From: an uncultured Nitrososphaerota archaeon
Lineage (GTDB): Archaea; Thermoproteota; EX4484-205; JAAOZP01
Length of the DNA stretch: 64,000 bases
NCBI GenBank assembly: GCA_964416155.1
Contig: CAYQCW010000002.1
Coordinates: 178,215 to 242,214, forward strand
Direction: 5' to 3'
Shown one piece after another: positions 47,975 to 58,399 of this stretch. Both the position numbers and the translations under genes were made by a program. The first letter of the stretch is position 1, and each line of letters opens with the position of its first letter. A model generated the notes under the pieces. The model was not told the origin of the DNA. It was given only the letters and a program-made list of their open reading frames with translations, and did no database searches.

Positions 47975-48937
47975 ATGAACATTGCGGTAGTGACTCCGGG
48001 GGGAGACGCGCCGGGTGTAAACGCTGCGATCAGGGCGGTGGTCAGATCCGCTGCTTCACAAGGCTTTGAGGTGTTCGGCGTTGAACGAGGATACATGGGT
48101 CTAATAGAAAACGCTTTCAGAAAACTGGGCCCTAGAGACGTGAGCGGAATAATAAACCTGGGCGGGAGTATGTTGAAATCAAGCAGATGCGAGCTTTTCA
48201 AGACGCCTGAGGGATTGGAGAAAGCCTCGGAGAACCTGAAGGCTATGAATGTCGACTGGCTGGTCGCAATCGGCGGAGACGGGTCTCTGAAGGGCGCTAA
48301 GGAGATTAGCGAGGTTAGTGGCATACCCGTCGCCGCCATGGCTGCGTCGATCGACAATGATATAGCCGGCGTGGATGAGACTATAGGCTTCGACACCGCT
48401 GTCAACACTGCTGTGAAAGCAATAGACAAGATAAGGGATACTGCAGTAACGTTTGAAAGGGATTTCATCGTCGAGGTTATGGGGCGGCAACGCGGCTTCC
48501 TTGCTGTAGAAGTTGCCCTTGCTTCAGGCGCCGAGATCGCTCTGATACCGGAGCATCCGGTAACCCATGAGGATGTTGGTCAAAGACTCTTGAAAATGGG
48601 TTCACTAGGTAAGAAGTCCAGCATAATAGTGAAGGCGGAGGGGGCAATGGGAGACCCGTTTGAAACAGCTTCAAGGCTCAGCAGGCTGACTGGGTATGAT
48701 TTCAGGGTTACTGTGCTCGGCCATATTCAAAGGGGTGGAGTTCCCTCAGCAAGGTCGAGAACCTTAGCCTGCCTCTTCGGAAACCATGCTGTCAGGCTGA
48801 TTTCTGAAGGCAAGAAGAACAGGCTTATAGGCCTCAGGGATAATAGGGTTGTGGACATTAGCATACTGGACTCATACACCAGTGTTAAAAAGATAGACGA
48901 GGATAAGTATAGGCTGGTCAGCCTACTCGCAATTTAA
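47975..48937 (+). CDS. pfkA: 6-phosphofructokinase, PfkA family, ATP-dependent signature
   Basis: GGDAPGVNAAIR, SSRC, GGDGS (Gly), ASIDND, MGR, LGHIQRGG; 320 aa, like bacterial PfkA. Confidence 0.88.
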   Translation: MNIAVVTPGGDAPGVNAAIRAVVRSAASQGFEVFGVERGYMGLIENAFRKLGPRDVSGIINLGGSMLKSSRCELFKTPEGLEKASENLKAMNVDWLVAIGGDGSLKGAKEISEVSGIPVAAMAASIDNDIAGVDETIGFDTAVNTAVKAIDKIRDTAVTFERDFIVEVMGRQRGFLAVEVALASGAEIALIPEHPVTHEDVGQRLLKMGSLGKKSSIIVKAEGAMGDPFETASRLSRLTGYDFRVTVLGHIQRGGVPSARSRTLACLFGNHAVRLISEGKKNRLIGLRDNRVVDISILDSYTSVKKIDEDKYRLVSLLAI

Positions 48938-49133
48938 ACAACATTATCTTCAACATCCCTGCTGGCTCCACCGTCATTATGTGGCATGACTTAAAATGCG
49001 GAGAGCATAGCGCGCTTTAAAACAGTAACATGGTTCTCAACATCAGCATATGTTAAAGCCTTTAAAAAGAGGCGTGGCAGTGTTTCGGAGAAAACGTATT
49101 TATATCCTGTTGGAAAATGCTTGAAAACATTAG

Positions 49134-51410
49134 ATGACTAGCCAGAAGCCGGAGGAGGTGGCCGCGTACCGGATTAATGTAAACGGCATTGTGCAGGGAG
49201 TCGGATACAGACCTTTCGTCTACAATATTGCTAGCACCCTACGCTTGAATGGTTTCGTATTAAACTCCGGCAACGGTGTGCTAATAGAGGTTGAAGGAAG
49301 GCCTGAGGACTGCCTGCGATTCATAGAGAGGCTTAGGGTTGAGAAGCCCCCTAGGGCGGTTGTTAAAACATTCTCCTGTGTCCAGATAACTCCGAGAGGA
49401 TACAGGGGGTTCAGGGTTGAACAGACCCTTAGCGAGGAGGTTGAGACTCTTTGCCCTCCCGACGTAGCTGTCTGCAAGGATTGTTTAAACGAACTGTTTA
49501 ACCCTGAGGATAGGAGACATCTTTACCCGTTCATAAACTGCATAAACTGCGGCCCCCGGTTTACGATACTCGAGAAACTTCCCTACGACAGGGTTAACAC
49601 GAGCATGAAAACGTTCAAGATGTGCAGCAACTGCGAGAAGGAGTATTCTGAGCCTTCCGACAGGAGGTTTAAGGCTGAGCCCAATGCTTGCAGCAGGTGT
49701 GGGCCGACGGCTAGGCTCTACCACGAGGGTAGGCCAATTAGGGTTGAAAACCCTATTTCCGAGGCGGCTAGGCTGATAAACAAGGGTTTCATAGTTGCGG
49801 TTAAAGGGTATGGTGGTTTCCACCTTGCTTGCGATGCAACCAGCAGGAGCAGTGTCACTGAGCTCAGAAGGAGGAAGAGAAGGGGCAAAAAGCCTTTCGC
49901 CATAATGGTTAAGAGCGTTGAGGAGGCTGAGAGGATTGTTGAGCTTAACGATTCAGAGAAAGAATGGCTGACTCATTATTCCGCCCCGATTATTCTCGCA
50001 AGAAAGAAGGAGCCCAATCCCGTTGTCGAGCAGGTCGCCCCAGGCATGAGGCATCTCGGAGTCTTCCTGCCCTATACTCCGATACACCATATTCTAATGA
50101 GGCACGTTGAGCCTCCGGCAATAGTTTTGACGAGTGGAAACGTTTCTGAGGAGCCAATAGTTTTCAGGGACAGTGAAGCGTTTGAAAAGTTTAAAGATAT
50201 GGCTGACTACATTCTCACCTACAACCGTAGGATTGTCAACTTTGCCGACGACTCAGTAGGCTTCGTTCAAGATGGCAGGCTTAGACTAGTCAGGAGGAGC
50301 CGGGGCTTCGTGCCCGAGCCGGTTGAGGTTGAGCTTAAGGTCGACGGCGTGCTTGCGATGGGGGCTGACTTAAATAATACTTTCGCTTTAGCGAAAAAAG
50401 GGAGGGTTTTCATGAGCCAGTATATGGGTAACCTGGAGAACATGTTCATCAGAAAAAGATACCTTGAGGCGATTAGAAGCATGCAGCGGCTTTTAAACCT
50501 GAAGTACAGCAGGATTGTCCACGACCTTCACCCGGCGTACTACTCAACCCAGATAGGGGTTTCGCTGGAGGGTGAGAAGACTGCTGTCCAACATCATTAC
50601 GCTCATGTTCTCTCAGCAATGGCTGAGAACAGCATTCTGGGTTCGGAATCCCTCGGGATATCCTTTGACGGAACGGGCTACGGTGAGGACGGGAACCTCT
50701 GGGGTTCTGAGTTCATAGTTGTGAGAAGAGGCGGATACGTTAGGAGGGGCCATTTCAAATATGTCCCCATGCCCGGCGGCGAGAAGGCTATCATAGAGCC
50801 CGCGAGAATGGCTTTCAGCTATCTTTACGACGCGCTGGGCGAAGATGCTTTAAAGATCAACAGGGGGCTGAGCGATGACGTTAAAATGGTTTTGAAGAGT
50901 ATGATTGACAGGAGGATCAACACCCCTATGACATGCGGCTTGGGAAGAATGTTCGACGCTGTCTCAGCCCTCCTAGGGATATGTTTAACAAGAACCTTCG
51001 AGGGGGAGCCAGCTGTAATGCTTGAAATGGCTGCTGGAGAGGGCAACGGGGAAAGCTACCCGTTTAAAATCACGGGTGCGAAAGAGTATGTCGTGGACAC
51101 CGCTCCCATTATACACTCGATAGTTGAAGACCTTGAAAGAAACACACCGGTTAAAACAATCAGCCGAAGGTTTCACGAAACCATCGCCAAGATCACTGTC
51201 GAGCTGGCGGATACTATAAGGCTTGAGGAGGATGTTGACACGACCGTTTTAACGGGAGGAGTTTTTCAGAACAGGATACTTTCCTCAAGGGTTAAACGAT
51301 TAGCTGAGGAGCACGGTTTGAAAACCTTCTTCAACAATATTGTTCCGACTAACGACGGCGGGATATCCCTTGGGCAGGCTGTGGCAATCAGCCTGATGGA
51401 GGAGAAGTGA
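49134..51410 (+). CDS. hypF: carbamoyltransferase HypF
   Basis: GIVQGVGYRP acylphosphatase domain, two zinc fingers, KGYGGFHL, HDLHP, QHHYAH, DGTGYG, NDGGISLGQ. Confidence 0.96.
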   Translation: MTSQKPEEVAAYRINVNGIVQGVGYRPFVYNIASTLRLNGFVLNSGNGVLIEVEGRPEDCLRFIERLRVEKPPRAVVKTFSCVQITPRGYRGFRVEQTLSEEVETLCPPDVAVCKDCLNELFNPEDRRHLYPFINCINCGPRFTILEKLPYDRVNTSMKTFKMCSNCEKEYSEPSDRRFKAEPNACSRCGPTARLYHEGRPIRVENPISEAARLINKGFIVAVKGYGGFHLACDATSRSSVTELRRRKRRGKKPFAIMVKSVEEAERIVELNDSEKEWLTHYSAPIILARKKEPNPVVEQVAPGMRHLGVFLPYTPIHHILMRHVEPPAIVLTSGNVSEEPIVFRDSEAFEKFKDMADYILTYNRRIVNFADDSVGFVQDGRLRLVRRSRGFVPEPVEVELKVDGVLAMGADLNNTFALAKKGRVFMSQYMGNLENMFIRKRYLEAIRSMQRLLNLKYSRIVHDLHPAYYSTQIGVSLEGEKTAVQHHYAHVLSAMAENSILGSESLGISFDGTGYGEDGNLWGSEFIVVRRGGYVRRGHFKYVPMPGGEKAIIEPARMAFSYLYDALGEDALKINRGLSDDVKMVLKSMIDRRINTPMTCGLGRMFDAVSALLGICLTRTFEGEPAVMLEMAAGEGNGESYPFKITGAKEYVVDTAPIIHSIVEDLERNTPVKTISRRFHETIAKITVELADTIRLEEDVDTTVLTGGVFQNRILSSRVKRLAEEHGLKTFFNNIVPTNDGGISLGQAVAISLMEEK

Positions 51411-51411
51411 A

Positions 51412-51627
51412 TTGTGCTTGGGCATACCTGGAAGGGTTGAGGAGGTTAATGGAGAGGAGGCTGTCGTCTCATTCGGAGGCACGCGTAGACGCGTGAGGCT
51501 AGACCTTGTCGACAACGTTTCCGTTGGAGAATATATTATTGTTCACGCCGGCTTCGCCATACAGGTTCTCGACCAGGAGACAGCTCTAGAGATGCTGGAC
51601 GCGCTCAGAGAGATGTTTAAAGAATGA
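51412..51627 (+). CDS. hypC: hydrogenase chaperone HypC
   Basis: MCLGIPG...VHAGFAI. Confidence 0.95.
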   Translation: MCLGIPGRVEEVNGEEAVVSFGGTRRRVRLDLVDNVSVGEYIIVHAGFAIQVLDQETALEMLDALREMFKE

Positions 51628-52712
51628 GATTCATCCAAGAGTATAGGGATGGGGAGCTCGTCAGGAGGATAGCGGGAAAGGCTAACGAGCTTCTGGAGAG
51701 GCTTGGGAGGAAAGTCAAGATAATGGAGGTCTGCGGAACACATACGATGGCTGTTGCGAGACACGGTTTGAAGAGTCTTTTCAAAGACAGCCTGGACCTT
51801 GTTTCAGGCCCAGGCTGCCCAGTGTGCGTTACACCCGACTCGGGTTTCTCAATGGTTTTCCAAGCGGCTGAAGCAGGTAAGACCGTGACCACTTTCGGCG
51901 ACATGATGAGGGTTCCCGTGAACGGCAGGAGCCTGTCAACCCTTAGGAGCGAGGGCCTCGACGTGAGGGTTGTTTACTCCCCTTACGATGCTCTCAGAAT
52001 GGCGGAGGAGGAGCCTGGGAGAGAGTTCGTCACGGTGGGGATAGGTTTTGAAACAACTTCCCCACTCTTCGCCTCAACCATACTCCAGTGTAGGAGCAGA
52101 GGGATTAGGAACCTTAGGCTGATAAGCCTTTTCAAACTCATGCCGCCTGCTTTAAACAAGCTTCTGGAGGCGGAGGACCTTAAGATAGACGGGTTAATAC
52201 TTCCGGGCCACGTTAGCACGATAATAGGCGTTAAACCCTATGTTGAAATCGTTGAGAAGCACGGTGTCCCAGCTGTCGTAACCGGTTTCGAACCGGTTGA
52301 CATTGTGGAGGCAATCCGCATGCTTCTGAAACAGCTTGCTGAAAACAGGAGGGAGGCTGAAAACGAGTACTCGAGGACGGTTAGGCACGAGGGGAACGTT
52401 AAAGCGGTTAGGCTTATGCGCGAGGTTTTTAAACCGGTTGACTCCGAGTGGCGCGGCCTAGGGTTAATAGAGGAAAGCGGCCTGGCTTTAAGGGAAGATT
52501 TCAAGTCTTTCGATGCTGTTGAAGAATATGGTTTGAAGCCTGTTGAAACAGTTAAGCCTAAGGAATGTCTCTGCGGAGAAGTAGTCAGGGGGAGCAGGAA
52601 GCCCTTTGAATGCAGCCTCTACAGAAAAACCTGCAGGCCTGACAACCCGATTGGTCCATGTATGGTTTCATCGGAAGGCACTTGCGCCGCATATTTTTAC
52701 GCGGAGATGTGA
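51624..52712 (+). CDS. hypD: hydrogenase formation protein HypD
   Basis: MEVCGTHT, GPGCPVCVTP, GFETT, PGHVS, CMVSSEGTC. Confidence 0.96.
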   Translation: MRFIQEYRDGELVRRIAGKANELLERLGRKVKIMEVCGTHTMAVARHGLKSLFKDSLDLVSGPGCPVCVTPDSGFSMVFQAAEAGKTVTTFGDMMRVPVNGRSLSTLRSEGLDVRVVYSPYDALRMAEEEPGREFVTVGIGFETTSPLFASTILQCRSRGIRNLRLISLFKLMPPALNKLLEAEDLKIDGLILPGHVSTIIGVKPYVEIVEKHGVPAVVTGFEPVDIVEAIRMLLKQLAENRREAENEYSRTVRHEGNVKAVRLMREVFKPVDSEWRGLGLIEESGLALREDFKSFDAVEEYGLKPVETVKPKECLCGEVVRGSRKPFECSLYRKTCRPDNPIGPCMVSSEGTCAAYFYAEM

Positions 52713-52715
52713 GCA

Positions 52716-53717
52716 ATGGGTGGGAGAATAATTCTGGAGCATGGTGCCGGCGGAAGACTGATGCATGAGCTCATTAGAGAAATAGTGGGCAGGCTTAACA
52801 TTTCTAGCAGTGGTGTTGACAAGGCCGTGTTTAAGACGCCTGGGCGCAGGATTGCCTTTACAGCCGATTCCTTTGTAATGAAGCCTCCAGTAGTAAAGGG
52901 TTGCGACATAGGGATGCTCTCGGTCAACGGGACTGTGAACGATCTTGTTACGATGGGGGCTAACCCAGAGTACCTGAGCCTGTCGCTGATAATAGAGGAG
53001 GGTTTGGAAGAGGATTTTCTCATGAGGATTATTGGAAGCATTAGCGAGGCCGCTGGGAGAGCGGGAGTCAAGATAGTGACTGGAGACGTGAAGGTTGTTG
53101 AGAAAGGAGGGTGTGACAAGATTTTCATAAACACTTCAGGTGTTGGAAGAGTATACTCTAACATTAGGGTTTCAACATTGAATGCGAAGTCAGGGGACGC
53201 CGTGATAGTAACGGGCAGCGTCGGCGACCATGGGGCGGCTGTGCTTGCTGCAAGGGGAGAGTTCCGGTTGGAGACAGACGTTTCAAGCGACTGCGCCCCG
53301 CTGACACGCATTCTGGAGACACTCGTCAGAAGGAGAATAATTCTCCACACTCTCATAGATCCTACTAGAGGAGGCCTGGCGACTTCGCTAAACGAGGTTG
53401 CAGCATCGTCCAGGGTGGAGATAGAAGTCGAGGAGGAGAAGATACCTGTCAGGGAGGAAGTTTCAAGCCTTTGCGAAATCCTCGGAATAGACCCTTTATA
53501 CCTTGGGTGCGAAGGCAGGCTCGTCATATTCACACCACTCCGCTACGCTGAGGAAGCCGTCAAGTCTTTGAGAAGACTCGAAGAGAGTAGAGACGCCCGT
53601 GTAATAGGCAGAGTCTCAGGAAGAACTAAGACCGGCGGGGTTAGGCTTTTAACGAAGGCGGGAGGAGTCAGAAGCCTACCCATGCTTCACGGGATACCGT
53701 TGCCTAGAATTTGTTAA
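52716..53717 (+). CDS. hypE: hydrogenase maturation protein HypE
   Basis: HGAGG, GTVNDL, TGD.KVVE, DPTRGG, C-terminal LPRIC. Confidence 0.95.
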   Translation: MGGRIILEHGAGGRLMHELIREIVGRLNISSSGVDKAVFKTPGRRIAFTADSFVMKPPVVKGCDIGMLSVNGTVNDLVTMGANPEYLSLSLIIEEGLEEDFLMRIIGSISEAAGRAGVKIVTGDVKVVEKGGCDKIFINTSGVGRVYSNIRVSTLNAKSGDAVIVTGSVGDHGAAVLAARGEFRLETDVSSDCAPLTRILETLVRRRIILHTLIDPTRGGLATSLNEVAASSRVEIEVEEEKIPVREEVSSLCEILGIDPLYLGCEGRLVIFTPLRYAEEAVKSLRRLEESRDARVIGRVSGRTKTGGVRLLTKAGGVRSLPMLHGIPLPRIC

Positions 53718-53738
53718 CCAAGGTTTCTAAGCGTAAGG

Positions 53739-54398
53739 CTAAGTGTAATAAGAGTATTTGACAACGGGACTTTTACGTTTCCCTCTGAAAAACAGGAGTG
53801 CAACGATTACTCCGGCTATAAACCCACCGATATGAGCCCAGTAGGCGATTCCAACATATTCCGGAAGCATGCTTGCGAAAAGCTGCATTAGGAACCAGAA
53901 CCCTAGGTAGACAACGGCTGGAAGCCTCACCATGAAGAAGCGGTAGAAAACCCTCACCCTGGCGAAGGGGAACATAACCATGTACGCGCCCATAACCCCG
54001 GAGATAGCGCCTGAGGCCCCTATGGCGGGAACTATTGAAACAGGGTTGATCATAAAGTGAGCCAAGCCTGCGGCGACCCCAAAGAAAAGGTAGAAAAACA
54101 GGAACTTAACGTGTCCCATCCTGTCCTCCACGTTGTCGCCGAAGACGTAGAGGAAAAGCATGTTGCCGAAAATATGCAGAATATCCGCGTGGAGGAACAT
54201 GGATGTAAACATTCTTAACACTCCCTCAAAAGGGTCGAGCGTCAGAAGCCTAGGCATAAAGCCGTACCGCAATATCATTTGCCCGTAGGTCAACGGGTCT
54301 GACAACTCCAAGATGAAGACACCGGTGTTAATACCTATCAGCATGTAAATCATGATCGGGTATGTATAACGCTTAGTCTCGTCCTCTGTTGGAAACAT
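53739..54398 (-). CDS. rhomboid intramembrane serine protease
   Basis: SMFLH...HI.GNM, GASG (Ser), AHIGG (His). Confidence 0.93.
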   Translation of the reverse strand: MFPTEDETKRYTYPIMIYMLIGINTGVFILELSDPLTYGQMILRYGFMPRLLTLDPFEGVLRMFTSMFLHADILHIFGNMLFLYVFGDNVEDRMGHVKFLFFYLFFGVAAGLAHFMINPVSIVPAIGASGAISGVMGAYMVMFPFARVRVFYRFFMVRLPAVVYLGFWFLMQLFASMLPEYVGIAYWAHIGGFIAGVIVALLFFRGKRKSPVVKYSYYT

Positions 54399-54511
54399 TG
54401 GTTGAGAGCAGCTTGATAAGGATTTTAAGTTTTAAAGGCTACTTAAGCCCCTTCCTTTCTAACAACATAAGCTTAAAAGCAACTTTTTGAAGCCTGTCTC
54501 AACAAAAAGTC

Positions 54512-55903
54512 TTGAGTAAAAAAGAGGGAGAGAGAATCCTGAGAACGCATTTAGCATCCACATTTTTAATAGGCTCAGTAATGCTGCTAGAGGTTACCGC
54601 GGGAATCCTCACTAACAGTCTAGCGGTCCTTGGAGACGGGATTCACGCAGCCTATGATTTCCTCGTCACCGGAATGCTTTACATAACCTACAGGATTAGC
54701 CTTAAGCCTGCGGATGAAAGCCACACGTATGGGCACAGCAGGATAAAAACCCTAGGATCCTTCGCGAGCAGCATAGTGCTTCTTTACCTTGTTGCCCAGC
54801 TTATCCTGCGAAGCCTAGATAGGCTTACCAACCCGTCTCCAGTCTACCCTGGCCCAGTAGGGTTCCTAGCACTGGCCTACACGCTGGCCGTGGATTTCAC
54901 GAGGATCACGCTGCTTTCGAAGGCTCCCGGCGGCGAGCCCAGCTTGAAAGCAGGCATGTTCCACTCTCTCGCCGACTTTTTCGACACCCTCATAGCCCTT
55001 TTAGGTTTTACTCTAGCAGGATATTTCAACATGGCTTACGCTGATGTTGCCGCGGGCCTTTTACTCTCAGCCATGATGCTTTATCTCAGCGCCAAGCTGC
55101 TTTACGAAACCGGTTTGGAGCTGACCGACACCGTATCACCAGCCATTGTGAGAAGAATAAGGAGGGTTTTAGAGGAGGAGTATGGTGTGGACGGGGTTTC
55201 ATACTTGAACGTAAGAAGGCTTGATGAAAAGACGTATGTTGACGTCGGCGCACTGGTGCCTGTGGAGAGCAGTGTTTCAAGCATTCAGAAGAGCGTTAAG
55301 AATGTTGAAGAGAAAATTTCCCGGATTGTTGAAGGAGAGGTGGTTGTAAGGACCCATACTTTTCCAAAGGGTTCTGAAAACCTCCGTGGAATCATAAAGG
55401 ATTCTGCGCTTAGAGTTAAGAATGTTCTGAACGTTCACGATATTCTTGTTTCGCAGACGAATGGTAAAATGCTAGTTTCCCTGCACATCGAAGTCCCGGG
55501 GGAGATAAGCCTTTCCGAAGCCCACAGGATTGCCGACGAGGTGGAGGAGAACGTTTTGAAAAACGTGGAGAACGTTGGAAACATCATGGTTCACGTGGAG
55601 ACAGCCGGCTCAGCCGTCACACCCATTAGGTCAATTGGCTCAAACTCCTCACTATACCTTAAGGTTAAGCAGGCTGTTGAGGAGGAAGTTAAGCAGTTCC
55701 AAAGCGTTAAGGGGCTTAGAAGGATGAGGGTTTTCAAAGAAGCCTCCGGCTTAAACAGGATTGAGCTCACCGTCAGCATGGAGGGGGGCAGTAACATGGC
55801 TGAGGCCCATGAGGCGGCTTCCAGGCTTGAGCACCGCGTTGAACACAGTCTTGAAGGAAAAGTCGAAGTAGTCGTCCACGTGGAGCCTGAAGACCAGGCT
55901 TAA
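54512..55903 (+). CDS. cation diffusion facilitator with three tandem C-terminal (ZT_dimer-like) domains
   Basis: SLA.LGDGIH...D, HTYGH.R, H.LAD. Repeated 'SL.EAH.IA..VE...VHVE' units. Confidence 0.87.
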   Translation: MSKKEGERILRTHLASTFLIGSVMLLEVTAGILTNSLAVLGDGIHAAYDFLVTGMLYITYRISLKPADESHTYGHSRIKTLGSFASSIVLLYLVAQLILRSLDRLTNPSPVYPGPVGFLALAYTLAVDFTRITLLSKAPGGEPSLKAGMFHSLADFFDTLIALLGFTLAGYFNMAYADVAAGLLLSAMMLYLSAKLLYETGLELTDTVSPAIVRRIRRVLEEEYGVDGVSYLNVRRLDEKTYVDVGALVPVESSVSSIQKSVKNVEEKISRIVEGEVVVRTHTFPKGSENLRGIIKDSALRVKNVLNVHDILVSQTNGKMLVSLHIEVPGEISLSEAHRIADEVEENVLKNVENVGNIMVHVETAGSAVTPIRSIGSNSSLYLKVKQAVEEEVKQFQSVKGLRRMRVFKEASGLNRIELTVSMEGGSNMAEAHEAASRLEHRVEHSLEGKVEVVVHVEPEDQA

Positions 55904-55948
55904 AGCTTTTTATCCTCCCTCGGAAATAAGGAGACGGTTGGAAGAAGC

Positions 55949-56683
55949 ATGATTATTGAAGAGGTTAAAACGGTTTTCGACAGGCCGTTGATACTCGAAG
56001 GCCTTCCGGACACTGGCCTTGTTGGAACAATATCGCTCAGTCACTATCTTATGAAACTGGGTTTTGAGAAAACAGGGTATCTTGAGACGGACGACTTCCC
56101 CCCGGTGCTGATAATGAGAAACGGGAGTATCATGGACGTGTTTGAAATATACTATAAGGATAATGTTTATATTTTAAGGTCTGAGCTGCCAATACCCCAA
56201 GAGGGAGTATACGGCATAGTTGGGCAAATAGTGGACTGGGTTAAGAGCAAGAACCCGAGGCTCTTCCTAAGCCTCGGCGGAATACCGCACCCCTACAGAA
56301 TAGACATAACGGACCCAAAGGTTTACGCGGTGCCAACCAGCGAAGAAGCCTTAACGATTGTTTCAAGGATGAAGAACGTGGAGATTTTGAAGGACGGCCT
56401 GCTTTTCGGCCCGAAAGCACTTATCCTCAGGAGGCTTGAAAGGCTTGGAATAACTGGGCTCGGGCTTTTCGTCCAGTCCTACTTGAACTATCCCGACCCT
56501 GGCTCAGCAGCAAAGGTTTTAACACTGCTGCCGCAAATAGGCTTAGAGAAGGTGGAGGTGGATTCCCTAACAGCTTCCGCGGAGGAGATCAGGATGCAGT
56601 ACAGGGAGCTCATGAGGAGGACTGACGACGAGATAAGGAGGATGAGAAGCCTGCCGCCAATGGCTGAGCAGAGCCTTATCTAG
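55949..56683 (+). CDS. PAC2-family proteasome assembly chaperone
   Basis: EGLPDTGLVG.I...L, LGG, YPDPGSAA. Confidence 0.85.
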   Translation: MIIEEVKTVFDRPLILEGLPDTGLVGTISLSHYLMKLGFEKTGYLETDDFPPVLIMRNGSIMDVFEIYYKDNVYILRSELPIPQEGVYGIVGQIVDWVKSKNPRLFLSLGGIPHPYRIDITDPKVYAVPTSEEALTIVSRMKNVEILKDGLLFGPKALILRRLERLGITGLGLFVQSYLNYPDPGSAAKVLTLLPQIGLEKVEVDSLTASAEEIRMQYRELMRRTDDEIRRMRSLPPMAEQSLI

Positions 56684-56695
56684 GAGGCGAGTGGC

Positions 56696-57088
56696 ATGGA
56701 GGATTTTGAAAGGATTTTCGAGGAGATGCGGGGAATGTTCGACGAGAGCCTTGGAAGGCGGAGGGCTAGACGCATGGGGTGTGTGGAACCGTTGTACAAC
56801 ATTGTTGAAAGTGAGGACGAGATAAGGATCAGCGTAGACCTACCTGGGGTTGAGAAGAATGATATTAAGCTGACGCTGTACGAGGACTCTCTTGTCGTCG
56901 AAGGGTTGTGTAGGAAGGAGACGCCCTCAGCGAGAAGACTCTTCAAGGAAACCCCCTTGTATTACAGCGTTAGAATACCTCTTCCGACGAAGGTTGAAGA
57001 GGAGCCTGCTAAGGCGAGATACTACAACGGCATTCTCGAAGTGATTTTAACTAAGAGGAAGCACGGGAGAAGAATACCGGTTGAATAA
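56696..57088 (+). CDS. small heat-shock protein (Hsp20)
   Basis: DLPGVEK.DI, LP..V, A.Y.NGILEV, C-terminal IPV (IxI) motif. Confidence 0.92.
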   Translation: MEDFERIFEEMRGMFDESLGRRRARRMGCVEPLYNIVESEDEIRISVDLPGVEKNDIKLTLYEDSLVVEGLCRKETPSARRLFKETPLYYSVRIPLPTKVEEEPAKARYYNGILEVILTKRKHGRRIPVE

Positions 57089-57091
57089 GAA

Positions 57092-58381
57092 ATGCAGCCC
57101 TCACTCCCCTGGGCTTCCTCCTGCAGAGTAGAGGTCCACGCGCCCAGCGGAAGCCAGTGCATATACTGCTTAGGGTCAAGGGCGCTCTGTGGAAAGAGGC
57201 AGTGTCCCATACTGCTCCGCTACAGCAAGCTTCAACCCGTGGTGAGCCTGAGGCCTGAAGACAGGATGGCGATGGATGGCGCTTCCCCGCCTGGAGTCTT
57301 CGTGGGGAGAATAGGCTACCCGAAGGTTGGCGTTGGACCCCTAGTTCCACCTTTCTTCGGAGACACAAGCATCCTCGACCGGCCTGAATCCTGGTGGAGC
57401 ATAGACCTGGATAGGCTTGTAGAGTACAGGTCGAGCCTCGTGAGAGGGATCTTCAGGGTTGACGTTCACAATCCTTGGGAAGCCGGAAGGCTTTTCGAGC
57501 TCACGCAGGAGATGGCGATGGCAAGTCAGCCTGCAGACGCATCCTTAGAGTTTTCTAAGCCGGTTAAGGCTAGAGTAATTCTCGACGAGGATGCTCAGCC
57601 CTTTGGCCCGTACGGGCTTGTCGAGAAGATTGAAGCAGGAAGCATAAAGGTTAACCGTGTGATTGAAAAGGCTCATTACGATGAGGACCTTAAGGCTTCT
57701 GAAGCAGCATACTATGCCTACTTAGCAGGCGTCCCTGTTTCCTCTATTCAGAAGGCGCTTAGCGCAGCCGTTTTCGGAGTAAGTAAGCGCAGACGGCTTG
57801 TGCCCACCAGATGGAGCATAACGGCTGTGGACAGCATTCTGGCGGAGAAGCTTATGGAGAAAATCAGGGAGTACCCTGAGGCGGGTGAACACGTGGTTTA
57901 CGAGTCTCAGCATATAGATAACAAGTTTATAGTGGTCATAATCCCGGGAAAATGGTCTTATGAGTTCATCGAAATGTTTCACCCGGGCTCAGTCTGGAAC
58001 ATAGGCGGCGGGGAAGATGTTGCAATAGGCTCAGACTATGAGGATACTGAAGGGAGGACAACCTATGCGAGGATAGGCGGCTGCTATTATGCCGCTAGGC
58101 TTGCGGTCGTCGAGCATCTTAACAGGATTAAAAGGCAGGGAGCCGTGCTAGTGTTCAGAGAAGCAGGCCCAGGATACCTACTGCCGGCAGGAGTCTGGCT
58201 TGTAAGAGAAAACGTTAGAAAAGCCCTAGCTGGCAAGCCGGTGTGCTTCGGAACACTTGAAGCAGCGATAACGTATGTTGCTAAAAGGCTTAGAACACCT
58301 TGGAGGATGGTTTTGAAGGAAAGTAGGCTTCTGAGGAACATCAGGGAAAGGAGGAGAATCACAGAATACTTAAAAGAGTAA
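57092..58381 (+). CDS. nre: Nre-family DNA repair protein
   Basis: CxxC-G...CG...CP, PPGVFVGR.GYPKV, LVPTRWSITAVD, GGCYYAARL, C-terminal PIP-like RRITEY. Confidence 0.9.
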   Translation: MQPSLPWASSCRVEVHAPSGSQCIYCLGSRALCGKRQCPILLRYSKLQPVVSLRPEDRMAMDGASPPGVFVGRIGYPKVGVGPLVPPFFGDTSILDRPESWWSIDLDRLVEYRSSLVRGIFRVDVHNPWEAGRLFELTQEMAMASQPADASLEFSKPVKARVILDEDAQPFGPYGLVEKIEAGSIKVNRVIEKAHYDEDLKASEAAYYAYLAGVPVSSIQKALSAAVFGVSKRRRLVPTRWSITAVDSILAEKLMEKIREYPEAGEHVVYESQHIDNKFIVVIIPGKWSYEFIEMFHPGSVWNIGGGEDVAIGSDYEDTEGRTTYARIGGCYYAARLAVVEHLNRIKRQGAVLVFREAGPGYLLPAGVWLVRENVRKALAGKPVCFGTLEAAITYVAKRLRTPWRMVLKESRLLRNIRERRRITEYLKE

Positions 58382-58399
58382 TCGTGGAGATCGAGAGTA

